A stretch of DNA of 64,000 nucleotides from assembly GCA_951406725.2 (NCBI GenBank), contig OX597825.1, positions 81,778,001-81,842,000 of the forward strand, in the 5' to 3' direction. Source of the stretch: Octopus vulgaris (lineage: Eukaryota). Shown here in pieces: positions 1-14,515 of this stretch. How positions within the stretch are numbered: the first letter of the stretch is position 1; every line of letters begins with the position of its first letter. The notes below the pieces were generated by a model. The model was not told where the DNA came from. It was given only the letters and a program-made list of their open reading frames with translations, and did no database searches. The position numbers and the translations under genes were made by a program.

Positions 1-139
1 GTGTATGGCACAACGAGTGTCTCTGTGTCCACAGTGCGGTGCACCCTGAGTTATCGGTTCATCTTATCTTCTGCAGTGAGGCGGCAAAAGCCATACAGAA
101 CAAAGAGATTAGAGCCAGGTTCGATAAGCTGGCTTTCCT

Positions 140-191
140 ATGAGGATATATAGATATATATATGTAATATATATGCATGTATGTATATATG

Positions 192-263
<72 letters not shown>

Positions 264-302
264 CATGTACGTATATATGTATATATGTGTATATATATAT
301 AT

Positions 303-349
<47 letters not shown>

Positions 350-850
350 GAGAGAGAGAGAGATACATATATAAATATATACATACATGCATATATGTAT
401 ATATGTATATATGTATGTATGTATATACATACATGTATATACATATATACATATATATATATATGTATATATGTATATACATGTATGTATGTATATATGT
501 ATCTCTCTCTCACTCACTGTATATATATATGTGTGTGTGTGAGAGAGAGAGAGAGAGATAGAAAAGGAGATGGATAGCTAGATAGATAGATAGATAGATA
601 GATAGATGTTTGTGTATGCGTATACATATATACACTCTCTCTCTCTCTCTCACACACACACAAACACACAAACATATATAAATGTACATACACATATATA
701 TACACATACACACACGCATGCACACATATATGCATATACATGACAGAGAGAGGGGAGAGAGAGGGAGATATTCGTGTTACGTATACTGGTATGTGTGTTA
801 AGTATGAACACACACACACATACACACAAACAAACAAACAAACAAACACA
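140..850. repeat. Compound microsatellite (TA/TG/GA/GATA), representative of dozens in the window
   Basis: Direct reading; similar arrays at 1330-1745, 2040-2340, 3370-3745, 7845-8095, 10367-10640, 27842-28030, 53080-53270 and 61780-61965. Confidence 0.95.
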
Positions 851-1370
851 GATGAAGACCCTTCCATCGATTTCAAGGACGACCATTCCGTTGTTAGCCA
901 AATTCAACTCGTGTTCTATAAACGTGTACACGGCTGAATCTAGTCCCACGCTCCACTGACCTGCAAAGTATTCCTCGCAGAGAATCAACGTGACACGAGA
1001 TTTGACATTTATCCTCTCAAGCCTTCGGGTTCAGCTGCAACTATAAGAAAAGAAACACTTGCTCAAGATGCCGCTTCTTAACTATCGAGCCATGTCTTTC
1101 GATATACAGCATGGGTGTAAAAATATGTGTACGTATACATATATTTATATATGTGTGCATACATGCGTATATGTATACACACACATAAATACTCGTAAAT
1201 ACGAATGTGTACGTTCATATACAAGCTTGTGTATACATATATAAATATGTATACACGAAATATACATATATACACACATATATAGTTATCTATATACTTA
1301 TATCTACATATGCGTGGGTGTACACATACATACTTTATACAGACATAGGTATCTATCTATCTATCTGTCC

Positions 1371-1418
<48 letters not shown>

Positions 1419-1422
1419 GTCC

Positions 1423-1481
<59 letters not shown>

Positions 1482-1654
1482 GGTAGCCACTACACACATT
1501 TTTCTCTCTCCTTGTTTTTTCTGTGTTCCTTTCAGTAGAAGAGCGTAGGCTCGAAACGTAAAAGACCTTTTTCTATTCCTGAGCGTTATACTATTGCATC
1601 TGTTTGTTTTGTACACCACCTGTCTTCGTCTTTTGTTTTTTTCGTGAACTCTGC

Positions 1655-1750
<96 letters not shown>

Positions 1751-1830
1751 TTAAGGGTAGAAATTGATATTTATCAATTAAGACCAGTGGTCTAGCATAT
1801 TAAAAAAGAATCCGAAGATTAAAATATTTA

Positions 1831-2037
1831 TATATACCAATTAAGGACTGAACACGAAAAGTGGACAGTCAACATGCTAGATATAGACGCCAAATCGCCA
1901 TTCTCCACAAAAGATTATGTTCTCAGATCAAACTCAAGTTTGTTGAGTTTGATCTGAGAACATAATCTTTTGTGGAGAATGCGATTTGGTCTATATCTAC
2001 ATGTTGACTGTCCACTTTTCGTGTTCAGTCCTTAATT

Positions 2038-2046
<9 letters not shown>
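1831..2046. repeat. Near-perfect palindrome, arms of about 105 bp, 5-nt loop
   Basis: ccaattaaggactgaacacg...aactcaa gtttg ttgagtt...gttcagtccttaattgg. Confidence 0.95.
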
Positions 2047-2071
<25 letters not shown>

Positions 2072-2086
2072 TATCTATCTCTCTAT

Positions 2087-2132
<46 letters not shown>

Positions 2133-2150
2133 ATTATGAATGTATGTATG

Positions 2151-2191
<41 letters not shown>

Positions 2192-2344
2192 ATTATGTAT
2201 GTATATATGTATATATATATATGTCTATATATATATGTATATATATATGTGTGTGCATATATATGTCTATATATATATGTATATTTATATATGTCTATAT
2301 ACATGTATATATATGTGTATATATATATACAAATATATATATAT

Positions 2345-2690
2345 CGTTGTCGGCTCCAGCCCGTATCCGAGCATTGGGTTTGCCAGTGTCCATCTCCAGT
2401 CTCCTCGGTTGATGTTCGTTGCCGAATGTGAATTTAGAGTCCAAGACGGTGGTGAAAGTGTCATGGACAGAATTCGCACAGGATGGTCGGTGCTGGTCGA
2501 CGATGCTGAAGATGTTCCTTTCTTCCCCCTGTGTTTTACCTCCTCATCCTGTTGTCTGTTCTGCTTGAAGGGGCTGGCTCCATTGCGGATAGCAGTCCTC
2601 CAGGCTGCTCCATCCATGGCAATCTCTTCCCATGAGGATGGCTGGATGTTAGTTTGAGCCAGGGTCAGTTTGAGCTGGTCATTAAAACGG
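2345..2690 (-). mobile_element. RTE-clade LINE 3' fragment
   Basis: [38 protein letters not shown] matches the RTE/BovB-type ORF C-terminus pattern; flanked by (TA)n. Confidence 0.7.
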
Positions 2691-2789
2691 AATATGTATG
2701 TATTTATATAAGTATGTATATACACGAATATGCACATACATATGGATATGCGTGTGTGTGTGTATGTATGTATATGTGAGTGTATATAT

Positions 2790-2842
<53 letters not shown>

Positions 2843-2914
2843 TGTATGGGTTTATATAAATATTATGGCTGATGACGATGGGAGTATTGGTTTCGTCATC
2901 GTCATGACAATTAT

Positions 2915-2945
<31 letters not shown>

Positions 2946-3295
2946 ATGATGATGCTGATGATGATGATGATGATGATGTTGATGATGATGATGATGAGAT
3001 GAGGAGGAGGAGGAGGAGGAGGACAATGACGCTGACAGCGGCGACGAAGATGGTGGAAAAAATTTTGGTTTGTCAGCGTTGAATTTATGTTTTATGGTCA
3101 ACAAATCGGTGGTTTGGGACCTTTCATAATCGATAGTGGCACACACACATCACACAAACACACACACACACACACACACACAGCATATACATTATTATGT
3201 TTCTCTCTTTCGATCAACTTATAAATATTTTCTTCATATATGTGTATGCTACTGTTGTTTGTGTGTGTTTTCATACATACATATAAACACACACT

Positions 3296-3342
<47 letters not shown>

Positions 3343-3566
3343 GCATATACATAGTGCGTAAGTGTGACAATATACGTATGTATGTATGTGTGTATGTATA
3401 TATGTATGTATGTATGTGTATTTATGTATGTATGTATGTGTGTATGTATGTATGTATGTATGTATGTATGTATGTATGTACGTGTGTGAATGTATGTATG
3501 TATGTGTGTATTTATGTATGTGTGTATTTATGTATGTGTGTATGTATGTATGTATGTATGTATGTA

Positions 3567-3597
<31 letters not shown>

Positions 3598-5252
3598 GTA
3601 TTTATGTATGTATTTGTGTATGTATGTATGTATGTGTGTATGTATGTGTGCATGTATGTGTGTATGTATGTATGTATGTATGTATGTATGTATGTATGTA
3701 TGTATGTATGTATGTATGTATGTATGTATGTATTTGTGTGTCTGTATGTATTGGCTGAAATTCCTTGAGTCTCAGCTTTGGTTTCTGTTCTTGCTTTGGA
3801 ATTTATCAAAATAACTGAAGGAAACAGCGTGACCATGTATAAGCAAAAATATTCACAAATGCTTTGATATTTTATTGGTTGCCAGAAAAGCTTTAGAATA
3901 TGCGTCATATATGTATTTATTAGCATTCACCGAATATGCTGTATTCTCACCTGTTCACGTGCAAAAATATATATTCGTGTCTTCACTGTCATGGAAATGG
4001 AACACACATACACAAGGGGAGTAACCTTTTGTTGATGAAGTTTTGATGTTGGTAAACATTATGCATGAAACATTATCTTTAATAGATTATGACTGTAATT
4101 TTATATAGGAAGTTAGAGACTTATTGGCTGGAAATGCTTTAGGGACTTATTAGTTGGCAATTCTTTAATAAATAATAATGGGAGCGTATGTAAGAATTTA
4201 CAAATTCCGGTCTTTTGTTCAAAATTGCGAAAATTTATACCTCTCCAAGACACATAGACTGCATGAGAGCCATTAATGTATGAATATACCAGTGCTATAA
4301 CTGGCCAATCGATATTTTACTTGTTCTTAATAAAATCCTTTAAACTCCAAACATATTTAGACTTGTAAGATGAGTTTCTTTTTATCTGAATGTATAGATG
4401 TGATGTGTGAATCTTTGTTTAAAGGGCTTTCTGTAAAATCAGCTCGATAAACTATGATTATATAAGATATATTGGTGAAAGAGCTTGTATTATTATTATT
4501 GCAATTATATAAATAGTAGAGCTTAGTAGAGCTTTGCGTGTTCGTACTAATAAGATTTCTTCTTCTTAAATTGGCAACAGAGGCAGCGGCGATTTTCCTG
4601 CGACTGTGCCTCACTTTTACGTTATTTCTGTTTAAAGATCGTACGATATCTACGGTCTCTGGGGAAATGCTTATTTACAAGTATCAGAAAAAATATGGTG
4701 ACAATAGAACACACTTTTGAACTAAAGAAAGCATTTTACCATATTGTTTTTTCTATTTTTGCATTTATAAATATTAGCATACTTTTAAAACCCAGGTCAA
4801 CCCTGATTGATCATACTTTTTGTCGAAGACATTCCAGCTGTGACCATCCCGTTCAGATATTTTTCGAATGCTTAGAACTAATGTTTCATTCTCTCTTTTA
4901 AGGCAGTTGAGGGATAAATTTAGTGTTATTTAGCTACATACGTACGTATGTATGTATTTATGAGTGTATGTCCGGCCCCTTGCCTAGATACCACATGTTG
5001 CGATGGTTATAAACGCGTGTCACTGTCATTCTAGCGATGTCATTCGTTTGCAATCTTCGATGAAAAACGTATCTGGCCATGGGGAAATATTATCTTACTT
5101 GGAAACAGGTGAGGGTAAGCTGCAGGAAGAGCATCCGAGAATAGGAAATCTGCAAACGAATTCCTACTGAGCTATGCAAGTATGGGAATTTTGATGTTAG
5201 ACCGGTGATGATAATGAAGATGGACACACAATATTCATACATGCACATATAT

Positions 5253-5303
<51 letters not shown>

Positions 5304-5305
<2 letters not shown>

Positions 5306-5790
5306 GAGGCACAATGGCCCAGTGGTTAGGGCAGCAAACTCACGGTCGTAGGATCGCCGTTTCGATTCCCAGACCGGGCGTTGTGTGTGTTTATTGAGCG
5401 AAAACACATAAAGCTCCACAAGGCTCCGGCAGGGGCTGGTGGTGAACCCTGCTGTACTCTTTCACCACAACTTTCTCTCACTCTTTTTTCCTGTTTCTGT
5501 TGTACCTGTATTTCAAAGGGCCAGTCTTGTCACACTGAATCTCCCCGAGAACTACGTTATGGGTACACGTGTCTGTGGAGTACTCAGCCACTTGCACGTT
5601 AATAAATGAGCTGCAACGTCATTGGTGCCAAGCTGAATCGGCCTTTGCCTTTCCCTCGATAACATCGGTGGTGTGGAGAGGAGAGGCTGGTATGCATGGG
5701 CAACTGCTGGTCTTCCATAAACAACCTTGCCCAGACTTGTTCCTCAGAGGGTAACTTTCTAGGTGCAATCCCGTGGTCATTCATGACCGA
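5304..5790 (+). mobile_element. tRNA-derived SINE (family A)
   Basis: Pol III A/B-box head tggcccagtggttaggg...gtttcgattcc; copies at 20792-21177, 28950-29330, 54588-54972 (-); related sequence at 39217-39550 (-) and 20660-21390 (-). Confidence 0.85.
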
Positions 5791-6465
5791 GGGGGGGGGG
5801 GGTCACAACAATATATGTGTGTGTGTGTGTGTGTATAGGGAGCTGCTCCTTTGTGTTTGTCCCTCGTTATTTCACAATTAGTGTTGGTTTGTTTACATCC
5901 CTCATAACTTAACAATTTAGCTGACCGCCAATAGAATTAGTACCAAAGGGAAAATCAATATTGAGATCGATTTTATCAACTACGCCTATCAAAACTGCGC
6001 TCGTGCATGGTCGCTGTACAATGACTGAAACAAGCAGAATGTTTTTCTTTTCTTTAAAGTCCAACAAACAGCCATGGCAACGTCCGTTCAGCAGAAGGAA
6101 GGTTCTGGTCAAAATTCGCCTGCCGGTTGTTTACTGTTTCACTTCATTTCTGAATCGGTGGAGCAACAGACAAAATGTCTTGCAGGATTTGTTCCAGCTC
6201 TTTACATTCGGAGTTCCGATGCTGCTGAAGTCATCTTCATTTCCGAGATCCAGACTGGTGGGTTACTGGAATTATTAGTGCATTGGATAAGCTATTTGCT
6301 TTGGCTCCCATACATTCTGAGTTCAAATCATAGTGTTTCAACATTGTTTTTCACCCTTCTGAGATGGGAAGTTTGGGACAGGGTGGGAGTGGGGTGAGGT
6401 CAATATAATAAAGTCCTAGTCTGGGGCAGTGAGTAGGTAGTGAATAACAATGGACAAAATGCTTT

Positions 6466-6695
6466 GCGAGCTGGCAGAAACGTTAGCACACCGGGCGAAA
6501 TGCTTAGCGGTATTTCGTCTGTGTTACGTTCTGAGTTCAAATTCCACCGAGGTCGACTTTGCCTTTCATCCTTTCGGGGTCGATAAATTAAGTACCAGTT
6601 ACGCACTGGGGTCGATTTAATCGACTTAATACCTATGTCTGTCCTTGTTTGTCCCCTCTATGTTTAGCCCCTTGTGGGTAATAAAGAAATAGGTA
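6466..6695 (+). mobile_element. SINE with Nin/Deu-like central domain
   Basis: gcctttcatcctttcggggtcgataaattaagtaccag after a tRNA-like head; copies at 27225-27430, 41275-41480, 41555-41770, 62785-62995 (all -) and 50430-50520. Confidence 0.75.
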
Positions 6696-7623
6696 TTCAT
6701 TCAAATCCAGTCGAGGTCAAATATGCTTTTATCCTTCCCTGGGTCAATAAAATGAGTTACAACCCAAAGTAGTGGAATGGCACAATAATCGGTGCATTGG
6801 ACAACATACTCTGCAGTAATTGCTTTGACACTTTATGTTCTGATATCAAACCCTGCTGAGGTGAATGGTCGGCAGTATTTGTTTTGGTATTTTACGTTCT
6901 GAATATCCTGGGGGTGTAGTGAGGTGTGACCTGACCCTAACCAACAAGTTGGTATCTAGTAACGAGTACCTGAAAGAAAACACCCACAACAAACATAGAG
7001 CGTTTGTTTGCGGAAGAATTCAGTAGGAATCATTTGTAACTTGGTAACCTCTTACCACCCAGCCATGTGTATATTAGTAGATCAGTCTTTCAACATGATA
7101 GGCATTGTGCCTCACAATGAACCAAAAACTAGCAATACCACCACTAATCACATCCCAAATGCCATCAATCATATCAATCACATCACCACCACCATCATTC
7201 ATGTCCCGTCAACATTATCCATTACCTCACTACTCCCAACCACATTGCCACCATCAATCATATGAATCACATCAGTCAACACCAACCACAACCAATCACC
7301 ATCATCAATCACATCAGTCAACACCAATCCCAATCAATCACCATCGTCAATCACATCAGTCACCGAGTGAGTTTTCAAACCGATCAGAACCAAAAACAGT
7401 GAAATATTTAGAAATTCGAATAAACACCAAAAAACAACATATAACGATTTTTTTTCGGTTTTTTTAAAATTATTTTATTATTATTATTTTTATTAGTATG
7501 CATTCATCCATAATATAAACTGTATAAAGAAACTTTAGATGAGAGACATAATAAAAACTAAACAAAAAAATAGCATTTAAATTCGTTTCAAAAATAATTA
7601 TAACAATATCTAGAAAAAAAAAA

Positions 7624-7663
<40 letters not shown>

Positions 7664-8054
7664 GTAATAATAATGGTGGTAGTAGTAGTAGTAATAACAT
7701 TTTTGAAATATTTAAAAAATAATTATTTAAAGCAGTTGCAATTCAAAAATAAAAATTAATTAGTAAACAAATAATGAAAATAATAGACAAAAGATGAACA
7801 AAAATATATTTTAAATTGAAATTAAATTTATGAATCATTAACTTCATATATATATATATATATGTGTGTGTGTGCATATACATACATATATATATATGTG
7901 TGTGTGTATATACATACATATATATATATATACATATACATACATATATATATATGTATGTATATATTTATATGTATATACACATATATATACACACATA
8001 TGTATATACATATTTACATACATATGTATATATATATATATATATATACTTATA

Positions 8055-8096
<42 letters not shown>

Positions 8097-8528
8097 ATAT
8101 TCTACCAATAAGTGGAAAAAAAGAATAACATTTAGGTAACGGATGTTATCCTTGACCAAAGATATCCACCCAAAAATTTAAGGCACACAGAATATTCCAG
8201 CAAAATACAGGAATGAAAAAGAAGAAACAAACGAACAATCAAACAAACAAACAAACACAAATCGACATTAATGGCTGCGAAAGTTAACAAGAATCCCTTC
8301 TGGTAAATTCTATGAACCAAATGTTCTTACGAGTATATGAGAATGGTAAAACAATAAGAAATACAAGAAAAGATTAAATTTATCATAATTTGCGATCGTT
8401 CTTATTACTAATTACATCTGCCCCCTCCCCCCCCCACTGAATGTTTGATATTAGCCATAACCTAACCCACAAAAATAGGCAGTATATATAACATATATAT
8501 ATATAGATATATATATATATATAGATAC

Positions 8529-8560
<32 letters not shown>

Positions 8561-8568
8561 ATATATAC

Positions 8569-8615
<47 letters not shown>

Positions 8616-8902
8616 GACATATATATATATATATATATATACATATATGCATATAGACATATTAATATATATATATATGAATATATACGTGCACACACGT
8701 GTGTGTGCGTGTGTCTGAATCTATTTATATATACATGTAGATATATACATATATTACGTACATTAAGTACGTCGTTGCTTATGTATACATATGTGTGTTT
8801 TTGTGTGTATACATGCATGCACACACACATATATATATATCATCGTCATTCTTTAATATCTGCCTTCTATGCTGGCATAGCTAGAGACTATATATATATG
8901 TG

Positions 8903-8934
<32 letters not shown>

Positions 8935-9243
8935 CACATATATATATCTAACCAAACTGGCTGAAAAATTAGGGAAAAAATATCCAAATTTCATTACTGG
9001 TTCCTGTTAGAAATATAAGAGCGAAAAAAAAAATATTAAAAAAAAAATATAAAAATAAAATTGTATGTCATCCTTGAATTATCAATGGTGAAAACATCAA
9101 GAAGTTTTGTATATTGAGGAATCTGTTGAAGATTTGAGGTGCAACTTTCAAGGAATGGTAAAAATAAAAGAAACAAACAATATAAGTACTTCTTATCTTC
9201 GTACTATATATATGTGTGTATGTATATATATATATATATATAT

Positions 9244-9463
9244 AGTGGCAGACTGGCCAGGGTGACAGTTTACTTGATGGCAAGTGAGCCTCTGTGTGCC
9301 ATTAGAATCCATATATCGGAGGCCCATGTTAGTATCTAAGGGGGCCGTCCCCATCAAGTTTGAGAATGTTTTATTAAAAAAATTAAATGATAGCTTTGTA
9401 GTTGCGGGTGGGCTTCCTTGTAGTCTCCAGGTAACCAATATTTTTAGACCCAGCCTACCACTG
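9244..9463. mobile_element. MITE with about 15-bp TIRs
   Basis: agtggcagactggcc ... cccagcctaccactg are imperfect inverted ends, within (TA)n. Confidence 0.5.
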
Positions 9464-9480
9464 TATACATACATACATAC

Positions 9481-9511
<31 letters not shown>

Positions 9512-9679
9512 CATATATATAGTCCACAGATGAAATCCAGAGATTCTGAAATTCTCCGTATAGACGACCCTTAGTAGCTCTCAAGAGATTCACAGTTAGA
9601 CTCCGAATATGTTTACAGGAGACTGATTCCATAAGGTAAAGAAAGGCTTTAAAAGGGATCAAATTGAGCGGGTATAGAG

Positions 9680-9833
9680 GCAATTACGCTAATAAACAAA
9701 TCAGACTCATTAAATATATTTAATATATTAAGTATAATAGTTTGGGTATGAAATACAATACCCATACTATTATATTCAATATATTTAATTATTATACTTT
9801 TAATGAGTCTAACTTGTTTATCTGTGTAATTGC
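9680..9833. repeat. Imperfect AT-rich palindrome (MITE-like)
   Basis: gcaattac..agactcattaa..gggtat / ataccc..ttaatgagtct..gtaattgc. Confidence 0.7.
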
Positions 9834-10365
9834 AACTCTTTCTCTCTCTTTCTCTCTTTTTTTCTCTCCAAGCAATCTACTGGCTCTGAGCACATGAATA
9901 TTGCTTGGAGACCCAAGGTGTGTTATAAAACCTGCAAGAGTCTATTAGCTCTTATTTCAGTACCGTGTACATTAAACGATATATACCACACGTATATATA
10001 AATATGCATAAAATACACAGAGTTTATAATAGAAAAATCAGTGAATGGCTGTACTGAAGGATATCAAGTTCAGACCATGAAGAGACTGCACCGTTTAATA
10101 GTGGTAGGGTCCCAATGGCAATGGTCACTAGTCAGAACAATTGAAAGATATGTTGGTCTGAAAAGGCAGAGTATAATTATTTAATTAAAGGTAATGCTGT
10201 TGCTACCATGGAGTAATCCTTATTTTTAATATTGTCAATGTATATATATATGTATGTATATATATATATAGATATATATATATATATATATGTCATCATT
10301 ATCAATATTGTTTATCATCCACCTTCCATGCTGGCATGGGTTGGATGGTTTGAAAGAAGCTGGCC

Positions 10366-10445
<80 letters not shown>

Positions 10446-10522
10446 TAGATAGATAGACAGACAGATACATAGATGGATAGATATGGAGATGGATGGATGG
10501 ATGGATGGATGGATAGACAGAA

Positions 10523-10566
<44 letters not shown>

Positions 10567-11126
10567 ATGGATGGATAGATGGATGGACAGAAAGATAGAT
10601 AGATAGATAGATAAATAAATAGATAGATAGATAGATAGGTACGTATGCTGTCATAAGGACCTTCAATCTAGATGTTCTAGACCTGGACAATAAAGATGAA
10701 TAAAACTCATGAAAAAAACTACAAACTAAAAACAGCTAAGCGCTAAATCGAAGGATTTCGTTGCAATCCAGAAAATAAAACAGAACACACACACACATAT
10801 ATACATACATATACATACATATGTATGTATATGATACACAGCAAAACAAGACGGCATAAAACAACACAGAGTCAAAGACAGCAAAGAAGATGATTAGTTT
10901 AAATTTATACCATTACTAATTACTAAAATAGTTGATTAATTAGTAGCACATTCCGACATTATTAAGGAACATCAAATTGAAGAGATGTCTACAGCTGTGT
11001 GTTAAATGCTATTTCAAATATTGCTTTAGTAATAAAGGACGTTCAAATGGGACACACAACCCAACTCTTAAATATCTCTCTCACCATCGGTATTAATTAT
11101 TGTTAGCATTTTAATTAGAGCAATCG

Positions 11127-11162
<36 letters not shown>

Positions 11163-11370
11163 GTCGTCTATCTCCCTCCCCCCAATTTCAGGTTTTGTGC
11201 CTAGAGAAGAAAGGATTATTATTATTATTATTGTTATTATTAGTTATGAATTTTTTTGTTGTGTGTGTGTGTGTGTATGTGTGTTTTTATCAGCAGCTGA
11301 TTTCAGGGAGGTAACTCTGCAAGACTTACCACCCACCAACGGATTCAATACATATATTAAATACATGTGA

Positions 11371-11405
<35 letters not shown>

Positions 11406-11471
11406 CACACACACATATATACACACACGTATATATACATAAATGTAAATATATTTACGTATATATATGTA

Positions 11472-11517
<46 letters not shown>

Positions 11518-11863
11518 AATGTAGATATATATGTTTGTGTGTGTGTGCACATTTATATATATATATATGTATATATATCAACAAAACACCAATAATTCTG
11601 AGACGTTTCTGCACACTTCACAGCAAGGTATAATCCAGACAAAAAGTTTTCATCACTGAGTCAAGTCGTTGTCATCACATTTAAGAGCAGCGCTCAAAGA
11701 ATCACCAAAATCCCATCCACAGAGTTTTCCCTTCGTTACTTTACTCCACCAAATATTTGGCCTCCCTCTAACATACATACATAAATAAATAAATACAGAC
11801 ATATATGTACATATATATATATGTATATGTGTGTATATATATGTGTGTATATACATGTGTGTC

Positions 11864-11896
<33 letters not shown>

Positions 11897-12250
11897 CTCA
11901 AAGTATAAGTGATCCTATATAAGCACACACACACATATATATATAAATATATATGTATATATGTAATCACACACAGACACGCATACACAAATGCATGCAT
12001 ACATACACAGATATCTGCAAAGTAAAACAGACACAATCTTTTTTTTTTTGGCAAGGTTTATTTCTAAAAAAAAAAACAATCTAATGTCATGTGATGCAAT
12101 TAGATACTTAATCTAGTAATTAGTAGACATGCTCTGTGCAGTTTTTAACTATTCGACTCATTTGTGCACTGTAACTGTACTAAACGAGAAGTGTCCACTC
12201 AGACAGAACTGTGCAATGTGGAGTGTCTATTTTGCTTTGGAAATTTCTGT

Positions 12251-12279
<29 letters not shown>

Positions 12280-12281
<2 letters not shown>

Positions 12282-12670
12282 CTTTATTTTAAGCAGCAGA
12301 AAATTCAACAAAATCTGTTACTCTGAGTTTCTCGTTGCCGTTCATCAAACAGTTTTTGCTGTATATCTGTAAATGTAATATGTGACAATTATTCGGTAGC
12401 CAAGATAAAACTCTGAGTTTCGGATGCCGAGGAGGAAATCCACGCCACCATCTCTTCAGTTATCCGGCCATTCGAAAAACGCTATGTAAAAAGGCCGATG
12501 GGCAGATAACTGAAGAGATGGTGATGTGGATTTCCACCTCTGCATCCGAAACTCGGAGTTTTATCATGGCTACCGAATAATTGTCACATATTACATTTAC
12601 AGATAAATTCCTCGATTTACATAATATTGAGGTCTCTTTCTTTCTTTTGTTATCTTACCATTTTTACCAA
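12280..12670. mobile_element. Non-autonomous Penelope-like element with inverted arms, in (TA)n
   Basis: Arms at about 12365-12473 and 12493-12604 are inverted repeats, each carrying a hammerhead motif; flanked by TA microsatellite. Confidence 0.55.
12505..12565 (+). ncRNA. Hammerhead motif, third repeat family
   Basis: GATAA-CTGAAGA-GATG..GTGGATTTCCAC..CATC-C-GAAA-CTCGGAG-TT-TTATC; inverted copy at 12404-12464; a further degenerate motif at 12315-12352 (-). Confidence 0.6.
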
Positions 12671-12963
12671 TATATATATATATATATACACACACACACC
12701 CACACACATAAATGAAAGGAGACATTCATTTATTTAATGTTTGTTTTGAAAAATAAATATTTCCCTCAAATTCTGTTGCTTCATGTCACAAAATGAACAG
12801 AAAGCATAATTCTAAGAATACAAAGTTGCTTAAATTATTACACTTCCATTGAAGTAAAGAAAGGTGAAGCTTGAAAATGAACAAGAAAGAATTATTTACC
12901 CACTACCCAATGTGTAAAATCAAATACCTACATACTATATATATATATATATATATATGTATA

Positions 12964-13515
12964 TGAGGGTGAGTCAAAAAGTAATGCCATTTTGTTTAGG
13001 ACAGGTATAATTACCAACATGTATCATACATCAAAATGAAGCTGGTCCTCATGGATCACATCCCTGCTCCTCAACAAAGTCACTGTTTCTCTCAATAGCA
13101 ATGTTCTACCTTCAAATGAGAGCATGTATCCCAGCCCCGTAAAATTCTGTTGACTGTTCTTTGAGCCACTTCTTCACTACAGTTTTCACTTCCTCATCAC
13201 TAGAATAATTTAGCACCTATCATCTCTTCGGCCCCATAATAGAGGGTTTGAGAGGCAAACATTATTCCAGTGATGAGGAAGTGAAAACTGTAGTGAAGAA
13301 GTGGCTCAAAGAACAGTCAATAGAATTTTACAGGGTAGAGATACATGCTCTCATTCGAAGGTGGAACATTGCTATTGAGAGAAAGTGTGACTATGTTGAG
13401 AAGTAGGGATGTGATCCACAGAGGACCAGCTTCATTTTGATGTATGATACATGTTCCTGTGTTGGTAATTATACCTGTCCGAAACAAAATGGCATTACTT
13501 TTTGACTCACCTTCG
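12964..13515. mobile_element. Mariner-derived fold-back MITE
   Basis: TA-flanked TIRs gagggtgagtcaaaaagtaatgcc; inverted arms of about 240 bp made of the transposase 3' end; truncated copy 59281-59625 translates DYHLFGPMKEGLRGKHYSSDEEVK. Confidence 0.85.
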
Positions 13516-14515
13516 TATATACACACACAAGTGTGTGCAGGTGTATATATGTATGACGGAAGTAGTTTTAATAGTTTAATTTTAAATATTAGAGATTCAG
13601 AAACGAAAAATAAATAGAAAACCCATGTTAAAAGAAAGGAATGAACTATATATTTATATGTATGTATACACATATACATGTGTGTGTGTGTGTTTATATA
13701 TGTGTGTGTGTAGATAATTATATATATGACTATATATATATATGAATGTATATACATTTATATATGTACACAAACATAAATACATGCATATACATACATA
13801 CATATATATACACATACACATACACATATACATATACATAAACATCAATACATACACAGATTATGTGTGTGTGAATGTGTTTGTATATATATATATATAT
13901 ATATGACTGTACATATATGTATATGAATGTATATACATTTATATATGTATACAGACATATATACATGCATATACCTACTTATATATATATATATATATAT
14001 ACATACATGTGTGTGTGTGTGTGTAATGTTAGAGTAATAATAATTTTTTTTTTTCTTTAGAAAATATATCATAAATATTGTCTTATATCCTCGAAACATA
14101 TTCTGCAGAAGCCAAAATGTGACAACATGTGACAGGAATCAGAACCCTATGCGTGTAAGAGTGCCACCAAAAAAAGCATGTCTAATCATTACACAGGAGG
14201 AGAAGAATGCCGCCACCTTTGCCCACAAATAAAGCTTCCATCCAGGATTACCTGAGCATTTACCATTTGTCTTAGACACAGCGATTCCTGTCAGATGCCA
14301 TCACATTTTTACTTTCAGAAATAGCTTGCATATATAATTAGTTCAACGGTTAATTAAACATGTAGGATTAAACACTATGACATGAAACATGTAGGAACTG
14401 TACAACATGACAAAATTTGGCTGACTAATAAGCCTGATCACAACCATTGCAAATGTACTTCCAATGGTGGTGGTCACCATAGCTATTACAGCGGATGAAG
14501 CACTGCTGTGATGGT

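Noticed and set aside
109-3926. Many ORFs rich in YI/CV/HT/MY
   Set aside because: They are translations of (TA)n, (TG)n and (TATG)n microsatellites; the same applies across the window
5304-5380. tRNA-like sequences at SINE heads
   Set aside because: No proper acceptor stem, and they continue into a multi-copy SINE body; not tRNA genes
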